From contig CDROCS010006702.1 in NCBI GenBank assembly GCA_977020255.1, positions 1-64,000 of the forward strand: 64,000 nt of DNA, read 5' to 3'. The stretch's first letter is position 1; every line of letters starts with the position of its first letter. The translations under genes were made by a program, and so were the position numbers. The DNA comes from Obrimoposthia wandeli. Its lineage: Eukaryota. This document shows positions 1-10,048 of this stretch, one piece after another. The notes below the pieces were generated by a model that worked only from the letters and a program-made list of their open reading frames with translations, searched no databases and had not been told where the DNA came from.

Positions 1-48
1 GGCAGCCGTTGCCCAATCATTTTCGGCAAAATGTTCTGGAATATACAT
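1..48 (-). CDS. paiB: N-terminal 16 codons of a PaiB-family FMN-binding negative transcriptional regulator (runs off the window start)
   Basis: Minus strand reads MYIPEHFAENDWATAA from ATG at 48, with TAAGGA RBS at 60-55. MYIPxHF is the typical PaiB N-terminus, and the gene is divergent from a MocR regulator. Not in the ORF track. Confidence 0.7.
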   Translation of the reverse strand, partial: MYIPEHFAENDWATAA

Positions 49-239
49 CAGCAATCCTTATTTGAAGCAAGGAGCCTATCGGACTCACCACCAATCTTAT
101 TTTTCTCACGACATCGGCTAAGCTCAATAGGATCCTAGGTTTTATATAGCGCTAGATTATGTTTGAATTCTGGTATAGTTAAAACAACCAAAAATTAATT
201 ACTAGATAGACCAACGTTTATCTAATATGAGTCACTTGT

Positions 240-1832
240 ATGAACCATCTAATATTAAATATTGCACCACAGCATGCACTTGAGAAAAAGGCGTTTTATC
301 TTCGACTGGCTCAAGCAATCATCAACAGCATTCAACAAGGGCAAGTAAAGCCTGCTGAAAAACTGCCCACCGCCAGATTGTTAGCAGAACAGCTACAAGT
401 TAATCGACACACTGTGATGCGCGCCTATGCAGAGCTTATTGCTCAAGGCTGGGTTGAAAATTTTGAACGTAGTCATTACCAAGTCAGCAGTACCCTACCC
501 ATTTTTATACATCCAATTCATAACACGCAACCTGCAAAAATAACACAAGGTGCACAAAATCAAGCTGTGCCAGTTAAAGATGATGAAGATGATAATAAAG
601 GACAGCAGTTTGCATGGGACATACAAAAAACAATTCATACATCTAACTTTATAAAATCAACGGGCCACTTTAAGTATAGCTTTGCAGGAGGTCAGCCTGA
701 TCACGACCTATTTCCATTTGATGAATACCGCGGCCATATTAATGATGCTTTAAAAAACCCCAGTGCTGACAAGCTTAACTATGGTCACAATCAAGGTGAC
801 ACTCTGTTAATTGAACAAGGCCTCACTTATCTTCGCCGCTCTCGCAATATACATAACAAACAGCTGATGATTACCAATGGCTCACAAGAAGCGTTGTATT
901 TAGTGTCGCAACTATTACTTAAAAAAGGTGCGAATGTCGCTGTTGAATCTTTTGGCTACCCACCTGCATGGCATGCTTTTCGCAGCGCTGGGGCAAATTT
1001 AATTGCTATAAAACAAGACAGTCAAGGCCTGTGTACTGAGCATTTAGAAGAACTCGCTCAACACAACCAGCTCACTTGTATTTACCTCACTCCACTTCAT
1101 CAATACCCAACAACTGTCACATTAAGCACCGCAAGACGACTGGAAATATACCGCATTGCTAAGGACTATAATTTATTCTTGATAGAAGATGACTATGACC
1201 ATGAATTTCATTATGCCTGCCAACCCCTCGCCCCTATGGCTGCATCTGATGATGCTAACTTAGTGATCTATTTAGCTTCGTTTTCAAAGATTATGTTTCC
1301 TGCAGCACGCGCTGGTATGCTGGTTATCCCTAACGCATTACTAGAGCCACTAGTGCACCTTCGCACCACCATTAACCATAAACCGCCTGCCTTGTTACAA
1401 GAAGCGCTTGGCCGTTGGATGGCCAGCCCAGGCTTTGAGCGCCACATTAGGCGTTGCACAAAAGCCTACCAACTACGCTATCAAAATGCGCAGTTACAAA
1501 TACAAAAAGCACAGCATTTAGGTGCTAATCTGCACTGCTTAATACCTGATGGTGGTATGGCCTTGTGGATAAAAACCTCTATCGACTCACAGCAATTAGC
1601 GCAGCGACTTGCCTTGCACAGTATTTATATTCAACATCAAAATGAATTCTGTTATACACAGTTTCACATAGCAGTAGAGACTGACACCAATCACCAAGTT
1701 GCTGAACATAAAACGACAGCGGCGCAGCATTTCAGGCTGGGCTTCGCGGGTCAAAGCATTGAGAAATTTAATGCTGGATTCACCAAAATCATTGATGTGG
1801 TTCTTGTCATGCAAAATGAAAATTCAATCTAA
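240..1832 (+). CDS. MocR/GabR-family regulator (GntR HTH + PLP aminotransferase-like domain)
   Basis: N-terminal wHTH (KLPTARLLAEQLQVNRHTVMRAYAEL), IEDDYD motif, SFSK PLP-lysine motif. Confidence 0.92.
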   Translation: MNHLILNIAPQHALEKKAFYLRLAQAIINSIQQGQVKPAEKLPTARLLAEQLQVNRHTVMRAYAELIAQGWVENFERSHYQVSSTLPIFIHPIHNTQPAKITQGAQNQAVPVKDDEDDNKGQQFAWDIQKTIHTSNFIKSTGHFKYSFAGGQPDHDLFPFDEYRGHINDALKNPSADKLNYGHNQGDTLLIEQGLTYLRRSRNIHNKQLMITNGSQEALYLVSQLLLKKGANVAVESFGYPPAWHAFRSAGANLIAIKQDSQGLCTEHLEELAQHNQLTCIYLTPLHQYPTTVTLSTARRLEIYRIAKDYNLFLIEDDYDHEFHYACQPLAPMAASDDANLVIYLASFSKIMFPAARAGMLVIPNALLEPLVHLRTTINHKPPALLQEALGRWMASPGFERHIRRCTKAYQLRYQNAQLQIQKAQHLGANLHCLIPDGGMALWIKTSIDSQQLAQRLALHSIYIQHQNEFCYTQFHIAVETDTNHQVAEHKTTAAQHFRLGFAGQSIEKFNAGFTKIIDVVLVMQNENSI

Positions 1833-2032
1833 AGCGGTTAGTTATCGGCATTCCTCAAGCATAAAAATATCTTACAATAAAAGCCATTGAATAGCGTTTA
1901 TTACTGCATTATTAACTTTTAACATGAAATAACACTGATAAAACACGAAAATAAAGTATTTACAAAACGCTTCATTTTGCTATTCTAAAGTCAGACAGTT
2001 TATAAAAAACAATAAATTATAGGACTACTACT

Positions 2033-3147
2033 ATGTTAATCGGCGTACCTAAAGAAATTAAAAACCACGAATACCGCATCGGCATGACACCTGCAGGCGT
2101 CAGAGAAGTTATTGCAGCTGGCCATCAAGTGATGATGCAAAAAGATGGTGGCACTGCTATTGGTTTAACCGATGAAATGTACACAGCAGCAGGCGCTAGC
2201 ATTATTGAATCAGCAGAAGAAATTTTTGCTAAAGCCGATATGATTATCAAAGTAAAAGAGCCACAGCCAAACGAATGTAAAATGCTAAGATCTGGCCAGA
2301 TCTTATTCACTTATCTACACCTTGCACCAGACCCTGAACAAACCAAGTTGCTAGTTGATTCTGATTCAGTTGCTATTGCTTATGAAACGGTAACAGATAA
2401 CAACAGAGGCTTACCTTTGTTAGCGCCAATGAGCGAAGTCGCTGGTCGTATGGCTATTCAAGCAGGTGCTCATGCACTTGAAAAAGCCCAAGGTGGTTTG
2501 GGTACTCTTTTAGGGGGTGTTCCAGGTGTAGCACCTGCTAAAGTCGTTGTTATTGGTGGTGGTGTAGTCGGTGTTAACGCTGCACGTATCGCATTAGGTA
2601 TGGGCGCTGATGTCACAATCTTAGATAGATCACTTACACGCCTAAAAGAGCTAGACTCTTTACACGGCCCTGCACTTAAAACACTTTACTCAAATACAGA
2701 GTCACTTGAATCTGAAGTATTAGCCGCTGACCTAGTGGTAGGCGCAGTACTTATTCCAGGCGCTGCAGCACCGAAACTTGTAACGCGTGAAAACTTGAAG
2801 AGCATGAAAAAAGGTGCGGTTCTTGTTGATGTTGCCATTGACCAAGGTGGTTGTTTTGAAACATCTCGTGCTACCACTACCAAGACCCTATTTACAACGA
2901 AGAAGGCATTGTGCACTACTGTGTTGCTAACATGCCAGGTGGTGTTGCACGCACCTCCACTTTCGCACTAACCAACGCTACTTTACCTTTCATTTTGAAC
3001 TTGGCAAACAAAGGCTACAAGAAAGCGCTAGCTGATGATAAGCATTTGTTAAATGGTCTAAATGTTCACCGTGGTGATATTACCTATGAAGCGGTAGCAA
3101 ACAACCTAGGCTATGCATACGTTACACCGAGCGATGCAATCGCTTAA
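2033..3147 (+). pseudogene. ald: Alanine dehydrogenase split by a single-base deletion near 2879 (true pseudogene or sequencing error)
   Basis: [15 protein letters not shown] start and GGGVVG NAD motif. The frame changes after ...TSRATT; restoring one C (act [c]ac caa gac) gives [21 protein letters not shown] and a continuous 371-aa Ald ending at 3147. Confidence 0.9.
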
Positions 3148-3166
3148 CAAGCCCTTGCTTGTAAAT

Positions 3167-3195
3167 AAAAAAGGCAGTGATTCACTGCCTTTTTT
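3167..3195. terminator. Intrinsic terminator after ald
   Basis: AAAAAAGGCAGTGA-T-TCACTGCCTTTTTT inverted repeat with A/T tails. Confidence 0.85.
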
Positions 3196-3364
3196 TATGC
3201 CTTCTATTTTATTTCTTATTTCTTTGTACTCACTTTCGCCCTCACTTTTTTATCTATAAATAGGCCTGCATCAATACAGGATACATTTTAGGTTGAATTC
3301 AGTGACATGATTATCTAAGCTTGCTTTCTATTTTACTATTCAATGGCTTTAAAAAGGAAAGACT

Positions 3365-4084
3365 GTGTTTACTGGCATTATTCAAAGCATCGCGCAAATC
3401 GTAAAAATAACAGATCATCAAGGCATTAGAACGTTTGAAATTGAATTTCAAAGCGGCTTTTGTGATAACTTAGAAATTGGTGCCAGTGTTTCAGTTGATG
3501 GTGTTTGCCTCACCGTCACCACATTGTTATCTGACACGCTTGCCAGTTTTGATGTCATGCTGCAAAGCCTACTTGTCACCACATTAGGTGAATACAAAGA
3601 AGGCAGTTCAGTCAATGTTGAAAGAGCGGCAAAAGAAGGTGTTGAGATTGGCGGACATCCTTTATCAGGTCATATCGATTTTCATGCACCTATTGCAGAA
3701 ATAACATTGATGCAAGATAACTACCGTTTACGTATTTGCATGAGCAAGCAATGGCAGCGCTACATTTTTGCTAAAGGCTACATCGCCATCAATGGTGCGA
3801 GTTTAACGATAGCAGAGGTGAATAAAAAAGCCGGTTGGTTTGAGATATGGCTGATTCCTGAAACTCTTCGCATGACCGTTTTTAAAGATAAATCTGTGGG
3901 TCAGCACCTTAATATTGAAATAGAGCGCAGCACACAAGTGGTTGTTGATACCGTGCGCGATACGCTTGAGGAAAATTTAGGTAAGCTTTATCCGTTGCTT
4001 GAAAAACTGCTTCAAGAGCAGAATATCGATATCCACGCCTTGGCCCCCTCACCTGTGCAAATACAAGAAGCTAAAAAGAAATAA
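3365..4084 (+). CDS. ribC: Riboflavin synthase (alpha chain)
   Basis: MFTGII N-terminal motif, two lumazine-binding repeats (GVCLTV, SGHID, GASLTI, NIEIE); GTG start. Confidence 0.9.
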   Translation: MFTGIIQSIAQIVKITDHQGIRTFEIEFQSGFCDNLEIGASVSVDGVCLTVTTLLSDTLASFDVMLQSLLVTTLGEYKEGSSVNVERAAKEGVEIGGHPLSGHIDFHAPIAEITLMQDNYRLRICMSKQWQRYIFAKGYIAINGASLTIAEVNKKAGWFEIWLIPETLRMTVFKDKSVGQHLNIEIERSTQVVVDTVRDTLEENLGKLYPLLEKLLQEQNIDIHALAPSPVQIQEAKKK

Positions 4085-4145
4085 CCACCGCTTTACAAAG
4101 AGAATTAATTAAAAATACGCTTAAAAAAACAAACATAGGTAATCA

Positions 4146-4679
4146 ATGATAAGAGCCGCCAGACTAACAGATTGTTCTAAATTGGCGGCGCTCTCTATTC
4201 AAACTTGGTTAAATACCTATGCACGTGATGGGATAAACCAAGCGGGTGCCTGCTTTGTACTAAATACTTTTACCCCCACCTACTTTAAGAAAAAGCTAGC
4301 GCAAAAGAATTATCATATCTATGTCTTTGAAGAAGATAATTCTCTTCATGATGGCTGCCTTGTGGGCTTTTGTGCTATTGATTTAGAGTCTAAATGCAGT
4401 GTTACCGGCAGCGGCTTTGAAATCGACACTTTATATGTACAAGACAGACATCAAGGTAAAGGAATAGGCCGTATGCTACTCGCGCATATAGGTGCACTGC
4501 ATGGCACTGACTATTGGCTAACCACTTGGGTTAATAATGTGGATGCCATCAGTTTTTACCAGCACTTAGGCTTTAAAGATATCGGCACCCGCTATTTTGA
4601 GCTAGACAATGTACAACATGAAAACCGCTTATTGAGCCACAAACACGCAGCAGACTCACTAACGAAAGCTGCGCACTGA
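4146..4679 (+). CDS. GNAT-family N-acetyltransferase
   Basis: LYVQDRHQGKGIGRMLL acetyl-CoA motif A and NVDAISFYQHLGF motif B. Confidence 0.85.
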   Translation: MIRAARLTDCSKLAALSIQTWLNTYARDGINQAGACFVLNTFTPTYFKKKLAQKNYHIYVFEEDNSLHDGCLVGFCAIDLESKCSVTGSGFEIDTLYVQDRHQGKGIGRMLLAHIGALHGTDYWLTTWVNNVDAISFYQHLGFKDIGTRYFELDNVQHENRLLSHKHAADSLTKAAH

Positions 4680-4707
4680 GCTAGCCTTTAATACAGCGAA
4701 CAATTAA

Positions 4708-5049
4708 TTACATTCTAGATTTTATAGAAGGTATTTTAGTATTTGTCATGCCTTCATAAGCTGAAGCTTCGCCTGCATTTAACATCACAGCGTCACCATA
4801 TTGGTTATCAAATCCTGGATCTATTTCACCTCGCTTTACAAATACCGCCTGGGTAAAAACAAACTTACGAAACCCTTCTACCGGCACATCGATTAAATAA
4901 CCTCCTTGTAGAAAAAAAGCAGTGTGTGACATATAAAACTTCAAATAACCTGGGCCTGATTTTATATCTGTTTCAATTTTATTCATATTTGACATCTTTT
5001 CATTCCATTTAATAAGACAAGTGATTTTATGACTCACTGCTACTAGCAA
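4708..5049 (-). CDS. Hypothetical protein (true start may be an internal Met, e.g. MSNMNK)
   Basis: 113-codon ORF filling the gap between genes; no motif recognised. Confidence 0.55.
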   Translation of the reverse strand: MLVAVSHKITCLIKWNEKMSNMNKIETDIKSGPGYLKFYMSHTAFFLQGGYLIDVPVEGFRKFVFTQAVFVKRGEIDPGFDNQYGDAVMLNAGEASAYEGMTNTKIPSIKSRM

Positions 5050-5244
5050 GCCAATCCTCTCAGTTAATATTATTTAAATTTGAATAAAAAAATTTAGCAG
5101 TCATGTCATAACTAAAAGTAAGCTGCTTATTTAGTAATCATTCTTGAGAAGACACTCTTTGCACATACCTATTTATCAGTGAACGGAGTAGAATTAAAGA
5201 TGCGATGAATGTTTATTGAAGGCAACTTTTTAAGGAGTTTTTTT

Positions 5245-5514
5245 ATGCAACTTGATCTTGATATCCACAATTTTTATGAGCATTTAGTGATAGAACACTT
5301 AGAGACTAATAACTTAGCTCAACGACACGATAAGGAGTTTCTTGCAGATTTATGCTGTTTGACGCTCACCAGCTTACCCGCTAGGTATATTCGTCATGAC
5401 ATTGATATGGCTTTTTATTTAGGTACCCTTGAGCGAGAGAAGATGAGCTTAGAGGTGGATGATGCGATTGCTAAATCTTTCGCGTATTTAGAAGCTAAGC
5501 AAGCTCAATCTTAG
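5245..5514 (+). CDS. ComFB-family (late competence development) protein
   Basis: HNFYEHLV...DLCCLTLTSLPARYIRH pattern typical of ComFB; AAGGAG RBS at 5232-5237 favours ATG 5245 over the track start 5209. Confidence 0.78.
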   Translation: MQLDLDIHNFYEHLVIEHLETNNLAQRHDKEFLADLCCLTLTSLPARYIRHDIDMAFYLGTLEREKMSLEVDDAIAKSFAYLEAKQAQS

Positions 5515-5629
5515 AGGATCCTGCAAACTTGGGTAAGTGATGTCGCAGTTTATTATTCAAAGCACATCACTACTGTGATCTAGCGAAGTGCTTTTGCCAC
5601 TGCTTGATTGATAAATGAATAAATGAAAA

Positions 5630-5974
5630 CTATCTGTTTTTCCCATCGTATTGGCGCACTTTGTATTGCGCTAATAATTCGCTATCAAGTAGCAAGAAAT
5701 TAACGGCTACTTGGTTGCGCTCAGTCAGATCAGTGGTTAAGTAATGTGTGGTGCAGCCACACATTTTACAATGATTAAACGCCATTGTTTTTGCTCCCCA
5801 AAGGTAGCTCCCACTCTCGCCTTGTTGCACGTTGATATGCACATCTTCTGGTGAGAAATAGGCCCATAAGGCGCCTACTTTAGAACAAATACTGCAATTA
5901 CAACGCATGACAGAATCTGTTGTCACTTTTATATCAAGTGTAATATTTTTACAGTGACAACTGACACTCAACAT
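5630..5974 (-). CDS. GFA/CENP-V family Zn-binding protein
   Basis: CHC, CNCSIC and FNHCKMCG cysteine motifs. Confidence 0.85.
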   Translation of the reverse strand: MLSVSCHCKNITLDIKVTTDSVMRCNCSICSKVGALWAYFSPEDVHINVQQGESGSYLWGAKTMAFNHCKMCGCTTHYLTTDLTERNQVAVNFLLLDSELLAQYKVRQYDGKNR

Positions 5975-6049
5975 CGCTTATATCCTGTCTGCATTCAGCA
6001 TTATTTTTAGCGTGCTATAGCACTCTCAGTGATCTGTGCTATACCCGCT

Positions 6050-6766
6050 TTATTCTTCTGACATTTGTGAATATAAGCTCTCACCGCCAGACTTTTTATC
6101 GAGCAACTTTATAAACACTTGATGCGCTTCTAATTCTTCTTCTGTTGGCTTAAGAACTTTAAGATTATCAAAAGATTGGGTAAGTTTTTTCACATCAACC
6201 GCCCCGTCAGCATTTAAACCATCTTCTTCTGCCGCTAGCATTAAATCTGTTTGGCCACCGGTAATCATTAGGTAAACGTCAGCTAGTATCTCTGAGTCTA
6301 ATAATGCGCCGTGTAACTCACGATGTGAGTTATCAATGCCATAACGTCGACACAATGCATCTAAGTTATTTTTTTGCCCTGGGTGCTTTCGTCTGGCCAG
6401 CTTTAAAGAATCAACAATTGAGCAGATATCTTCAATTTTTTCATTGCAGCCATTGCGCTTAAGCTCAGCGTTTAAAAAGCCGACATCAAAGGGTGCATTA
6501 TGAATAATCAGCTCAGCGCCACGGACATATTCTAAAAAATCAGCTGTGATATCACGAAACTTGGGTTTATCTGCCAAAAAATCATTAGTGATACCGTGAA
6601 TACGAATAGCCTCTTCATCAGAGTCGCGATCAGGCTTTATGTATTGATGATAATTATTGCCCGTTAAGCGGCGCTTGAACATCTCAACGCAACCAATTTC
6701 AATGACATTATGCCCTTGGGATGGCTCTAAACCGGTGGTCTCTGTATCTAGTACTATTTGTCTCAT
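6050..6766 (-). CDS. dnaQ: DNA polymerase III epsilon subunit
   Basis: MRQIVLDTETTG ExoI, HNAPFD ExoII, HGALLDSEIL ExoIII. Confidence 0.97.
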   Translation of the reverse strand: MRQIVLDTETTGLEPSQGHNVIEIGCVEMFKRRLTGNNYHQYIKPDRDSDEEAIRIHGITNDFLADKPKFRDITADFLEYVRGAELIIHNAPFDVGFLNAELKRNGCNEKIEDICSIVDSLKLARRKHPGQKNNLDALCRRYGIDNSHRELHGALLDSEILADVYLMITGGQTDLMLAAEEDGLNADGAVDVKKLTQSFDNLKVLKPTEEELEAHQVFIKLLDKKSGGESLYSQMSEE

Positions 6767-6818
6767 GATTTACTCTTTTATCAGTGTATGCTGCTTTTTA
6801 GCTTCCGTAATACGATAC

Positions 6819-7265
6819 TTACAAGCCAGAACCAACATTGTCTTCAACACCTTGATTGGCTAAATCATCCGCTAATTCGTTATCAGGATGACCACTGTGC
6901 CCTTTGACCCACTGCCAATCAATTTCATGCTGCTTTGATTGCTCATCAAGAAGCTGCCATAAATCGGCATTTTTAACTGGCTTTTTAGCCGCTGTTTTCC
7001 AACCGTTGCGTTTCCAACCGGTTATCCATTCGCTAATTCCCTTGCGTACATATTGAGAATCCGTTGTTAAAATAATCTTGCATGGCTGCTTTAATATGGA
7101 TAATGATTTAATAGCTGCCATTAACTCCATGCGGTTATTAGTTGTGTTTTGCTCGCCGCCAAATATTTTCTTTTGCTTGTCCGCATAATACAGAACCGCT
7201 CCCCACCCTCCTGGGCCTGGGTTTCCTTTACATGCGCCATCTGTATATATTTTAACTTCTTTCAC
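6819..7265 (-). CDS. rnhA: Ribonuclease HI
   Basis: [47 protein letters not shown]. Confidence 0.97.
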   Translation of the reverse strand: MKEVKIYTDGACKGNPGPGGWGAVLYYADKQKKIFGGEQNTTNNRMELMAAIKSLSILKQPCKIILTTDSQYVRKGISEWITGWKRNGWKTAAKKPVKNADLWQLLDEQSKQHEIDWQWVKGHSGHPDNELADDLANQGVEDNVGSGL

Positions 7266-8019
7266 GCAATTGTCCTCTCGTTGCGGGCTTTCTTACGGGT
7301 AATGTATAGAAATTTCGTGAAAATTTCATCCGTTTAACCGGTGTCATCCCCTCTATATCTTTACGTGCTAAGGTCAGGGTAAACGCGCCATTTTTAGGAA
7401 TAGATCGTCGGCCATAGGCCTGTATTTTTTTAAAGCGATGACGCCACTTCTTAGATGCAAATGGTGGTAAATAATAGTCAGTCAGCGTGCGTTGATGCGA
7501 TAAACCTAATAAGCTCATCCAATCATTTAAGCGATGTTGTGAAATAAACTGGCCACTTTGCCAAGGCGCTCTCATTCTGCGCTGACAATAACGACGTACT
7601 CCCCACCAAGAAGCTGGGTTAAAACCTACCACTATTAAATAGCCACCGGGCCTTAAAATACGAATAGCTTCTCTTAACACTTGATGTGGGTTATCGGTAA
7701 AATCTAATGAGTGGTGCAGTAAAACCACATCGATACTGTTGTGCTCAAAGGGCAACTCTGTTGATTCACATAATACGGCGTTATCAGGCAAACCTAGTGA
7801 CACCTTATTTGCCACTATCACTTTGTTTCTGATTAAGCTTTCATGCGCTAAATCCATTTTTGGATGAACTGGCAACTCAACTAAAAAATAGCCAAACAAA
7901 TCGGGCAGCAGTCTATTAATTGCACGTCGTTGAGCCGTCAATAACTCTTCTCCTATGGGAGAATCAAACCACTGTTCAATTGTTTCTACTGCTGGTGTGT
8001 TTGCGATCTCTTTCATCAA
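7252..8019 (-). CDS. Class I SAM-dependent methyltransferase-like protein (YafS family)
   Basis: [19 protein letters not shown]...[21 protein letters not shown]; conserved position upstream of rnhA. Confidence 0.85.
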   Translation of the reverse strand: MMKEIANTPAVETIEQWFDSPIGEELLTAQRRAINRLLPDLFGYFLVELPVHPKMDLAHESLIRNKVIVANKVSLGLPDNAVLCESTELPFEHNSIDVVLLHHSLDFTDNPHQVLREAIRILRPGGYLIVVGFNPASWWGVRRYCQRRMRAPWQSGQFISQHRLNDWMSLLGLSHQRTLTDYYLPPFASKKWRHRFKKIQAYGRRSIPKNGAFTLTLARKDIEGMTPVKRMKFSRNFYTLPVRKPATRGQLRERS

Positions 8020-8155
8020 TTAACTATATAACCTGACTATTGTTGCTCTAATCTTACCAGTAAATTTTTAATGCTTGCTAAAAAAAAGCCGATTAACGAT
8101 AAAATCATAAATATTTTTTAAATAAATCTAAATATTGTGCAACCGTTGCTCAAAT

Positions 8156-10048
8156 TCATTGGTTTTTGATCCATATTTTATCAGCCAAACCGCTCGATCT
8201 TTTCGTCACGCGCTCAATAGATTGTTCAAGTAAATGTATAAAGCCTAAAAAGCTAAAGCGTTTTTTTGCGCGCGTAATAGCCGTATAAATTAACTCTTTA
8301 TTCACTACTTTAGCGCTTTGATTAAGTACTAACATGACATGTGCAAACTCTGACCCTTGGCTTTTATGTACTGTCATGGCGAAAACACTTTCGTGTTGCG
8401 GCAAGCGGCTAGGCAATACACCACGAAGCTCTCCGCCTTGCTCAAACCACACTTTCATCTGCCCTGTTTCTGTATCTAAGCAAGTAACACCTATGTCACC
8501 GTTAAACAGCTGCATTTGATTGTCGTTGCGCGTGATCATGATCGGGCGACCAATATACCAGCGGTTATCGAGCGCTTTGATTTCTAGTTTCTCAAAATAT
8601 TGCTCAATTTTTTGATTGATCTGCTCAACCCCTAACACACCAACCCTGAGCGCACATAACACCTGATATTGATTGAAACACGTGATGAGCTCTTTAGGAT
8701 CAAGAGCGCTATTTGAATCAGCACTAAAATGCGTTTGTATTAAAGCTAAATAATCTTGATAGCCGGCGAATACTTGCTTGAGTACTTGTTGCTCATCTTG
8801 TGAGGGCAACAATGCTTCGATGTCTTTAAAACCTGATTTAAAAATATTACCAAGCGCTTTAACATCACCTGTATTGCAAGCTTTTGCTAAAGAACCTATG
8901 CCACTGTCGTGGGAAAAGCGGTAACTTTTTTGTAAAAATGCGAGTCGATCTGCAAACGGATATTGAGAAATGGTGATTGCGTTAAAACCACAGCAAATGG
9001 CCAAGTAATCAGATTGTGCTTGTGAGTAACATGATATTTGCGGTACATCGCAAATATCACCCAACACACTGCCCGCTTCAACTGAGGCTAGTTGATCTTT
9101 GTCGCCAATAAGCACTACCCGTGTTTGGTTTGATAATGCATCAACAATGCTGGCCATCATCGGTAAATCAATCATCGATGCTTCATCTATGATCAATAAA
9201 TCTAACGCTAAAGGGTTATCAGCATGATGGATAAACTGATTACTTTTCGCTCTTGAGCCTAACAAACGATGCAATGTTTTACCTTGCTCAGGTATTAGTG
9301 CGAGTACTTGCTCTGATAGCTGTAGGCCATCTTTTGCCTGTGCAATAGACTCTGATAGCCGTGCAGCCGCTTTACCTGTCGGTGCCGCTAGCGCAATAAT
9401 GGGCTTTCTGTTTATGGCTATCTGACTTTCAATATAAATAGCCAGCAATTTAGTAACGGTGGTAGTTTTACCCGTACCGGGTCCGCCACTTATAATGCTT
9501 ATTTGATGGCGCGTTGTTATTGCTGCTGCTACACGCTGCCAATCTGGGTTTTCATCGCTGCTAAAATATTTACTGAGCTGCTTTTGTAAGTACTCACTTT
9601 CTAAAAGCGCTATAGGCTGCGCATTACTTGAGAGTAATTTATCAGCTACTTTGCACTCGTACTGCCAATAGCGATACAAATACAAACGATTGTTATCAAT
9701 CACTAACGGCGTAATATCACTGCCATCACCCATGATCTGCTGATCTAATAGCTGTGTTGCTGATAGCTCAATTACATCACAGTGATCTGCCATAAATAAG
9801 CTGTGCGCGCTTTGTTGTAATGCCACAGGCCAGCGCTCTATGATTGAAGGCACATCATCAAGCGCCACACAAACATGCCCATCGCCTAACTCACTACTAA
9901 CAATGGCACTGAGTAATAGCTGCGTATTATTAGCGTGTGTTAATTGCATAGCGAGCCACTGGCTCAATTTCACATCGATATTTCTTAATAATTGCTGGTT
10001 TGATAACTGCGTTAGTAGATCAAACAATGGTGACCTTTCAAGGCTCAT
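8156..10048 (-). CDS. recD: Exodeoxyribonuclease V alpha subunit
   Basis: GGPGTGKT Walker A, DEASM, GDKDQLASV, TVHKSQGSEF. Confidence 0.97.
   Translation of the reverse strand: MSLERSPLFDLLTQLSNQQLLRNIDVKLSQWLAMQLTHANNTQLLLSAIVSSELGDGHVCVALDDVPSIIERWPVALQQSAHSLFMADHCDVIELSATQLLDQQIMGDGSDITPLVIDNNRLYLYRYWQYECKVADKLLSSNAQPIALLESEYLQKQLSKYFSSDENPDWQRVAAAITTRHQISIISGGPGTGKTTTVTKLLAIYIESQIAINRKPIIALAAPTGKAAARLSESIAQAKDGLQLSEQVLALIPEQGKTLHRLLGSRAKSNQFIHHADNPLALDLLIIDEASMIDLPMMASIVDALSNQTRVVLIGDKDQLASVEAGSVLGDICDVPQISCYSQAQSDYLAICCGFNAITISQYPFADRLAFLQKSYRFSHDSGIGSLAKACNTGDVKALGNIFKSGFKDIEALLPSQDEQQVLKQVFAGYQDYLALIQTHFSADSNSALDPKELITCFNQYQVLCALRVGVLGVEQINQKIEQYFEKLEIKALDNRWYIGRPIMITRNDNQMQLFNGDIGVTCLDTETGQMKVWFEQGGELRGVLPSRLPQHESVFAMTVHKSQGSEFAHVMLVLNQSAKVVNKELIYTAITRAKKRFSFLGFIHLLEQSIERVTKRSSGLADKIWIKNQ

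Noticed and set aside
71-135. Small element with GGAGCCTAT / ATAGGATCC ends
   Set aside because: Only 8 of 9 bp inverted match, no second copy in the window and no target duplication.
3167-3195. Shared TGATTCA core of the terminators at 3167 and 28276 as a repeat family
   Set aside because: Similarity is limited to the loop-closing bases and the stems differ; ordinary terminators.
3365-4084. Lumazine protein / luminescence accessory gene
   Set aside because: The N-terminus is MFTGII, the catalytic riboflavin synthase signature, and no lux genes are nearby.
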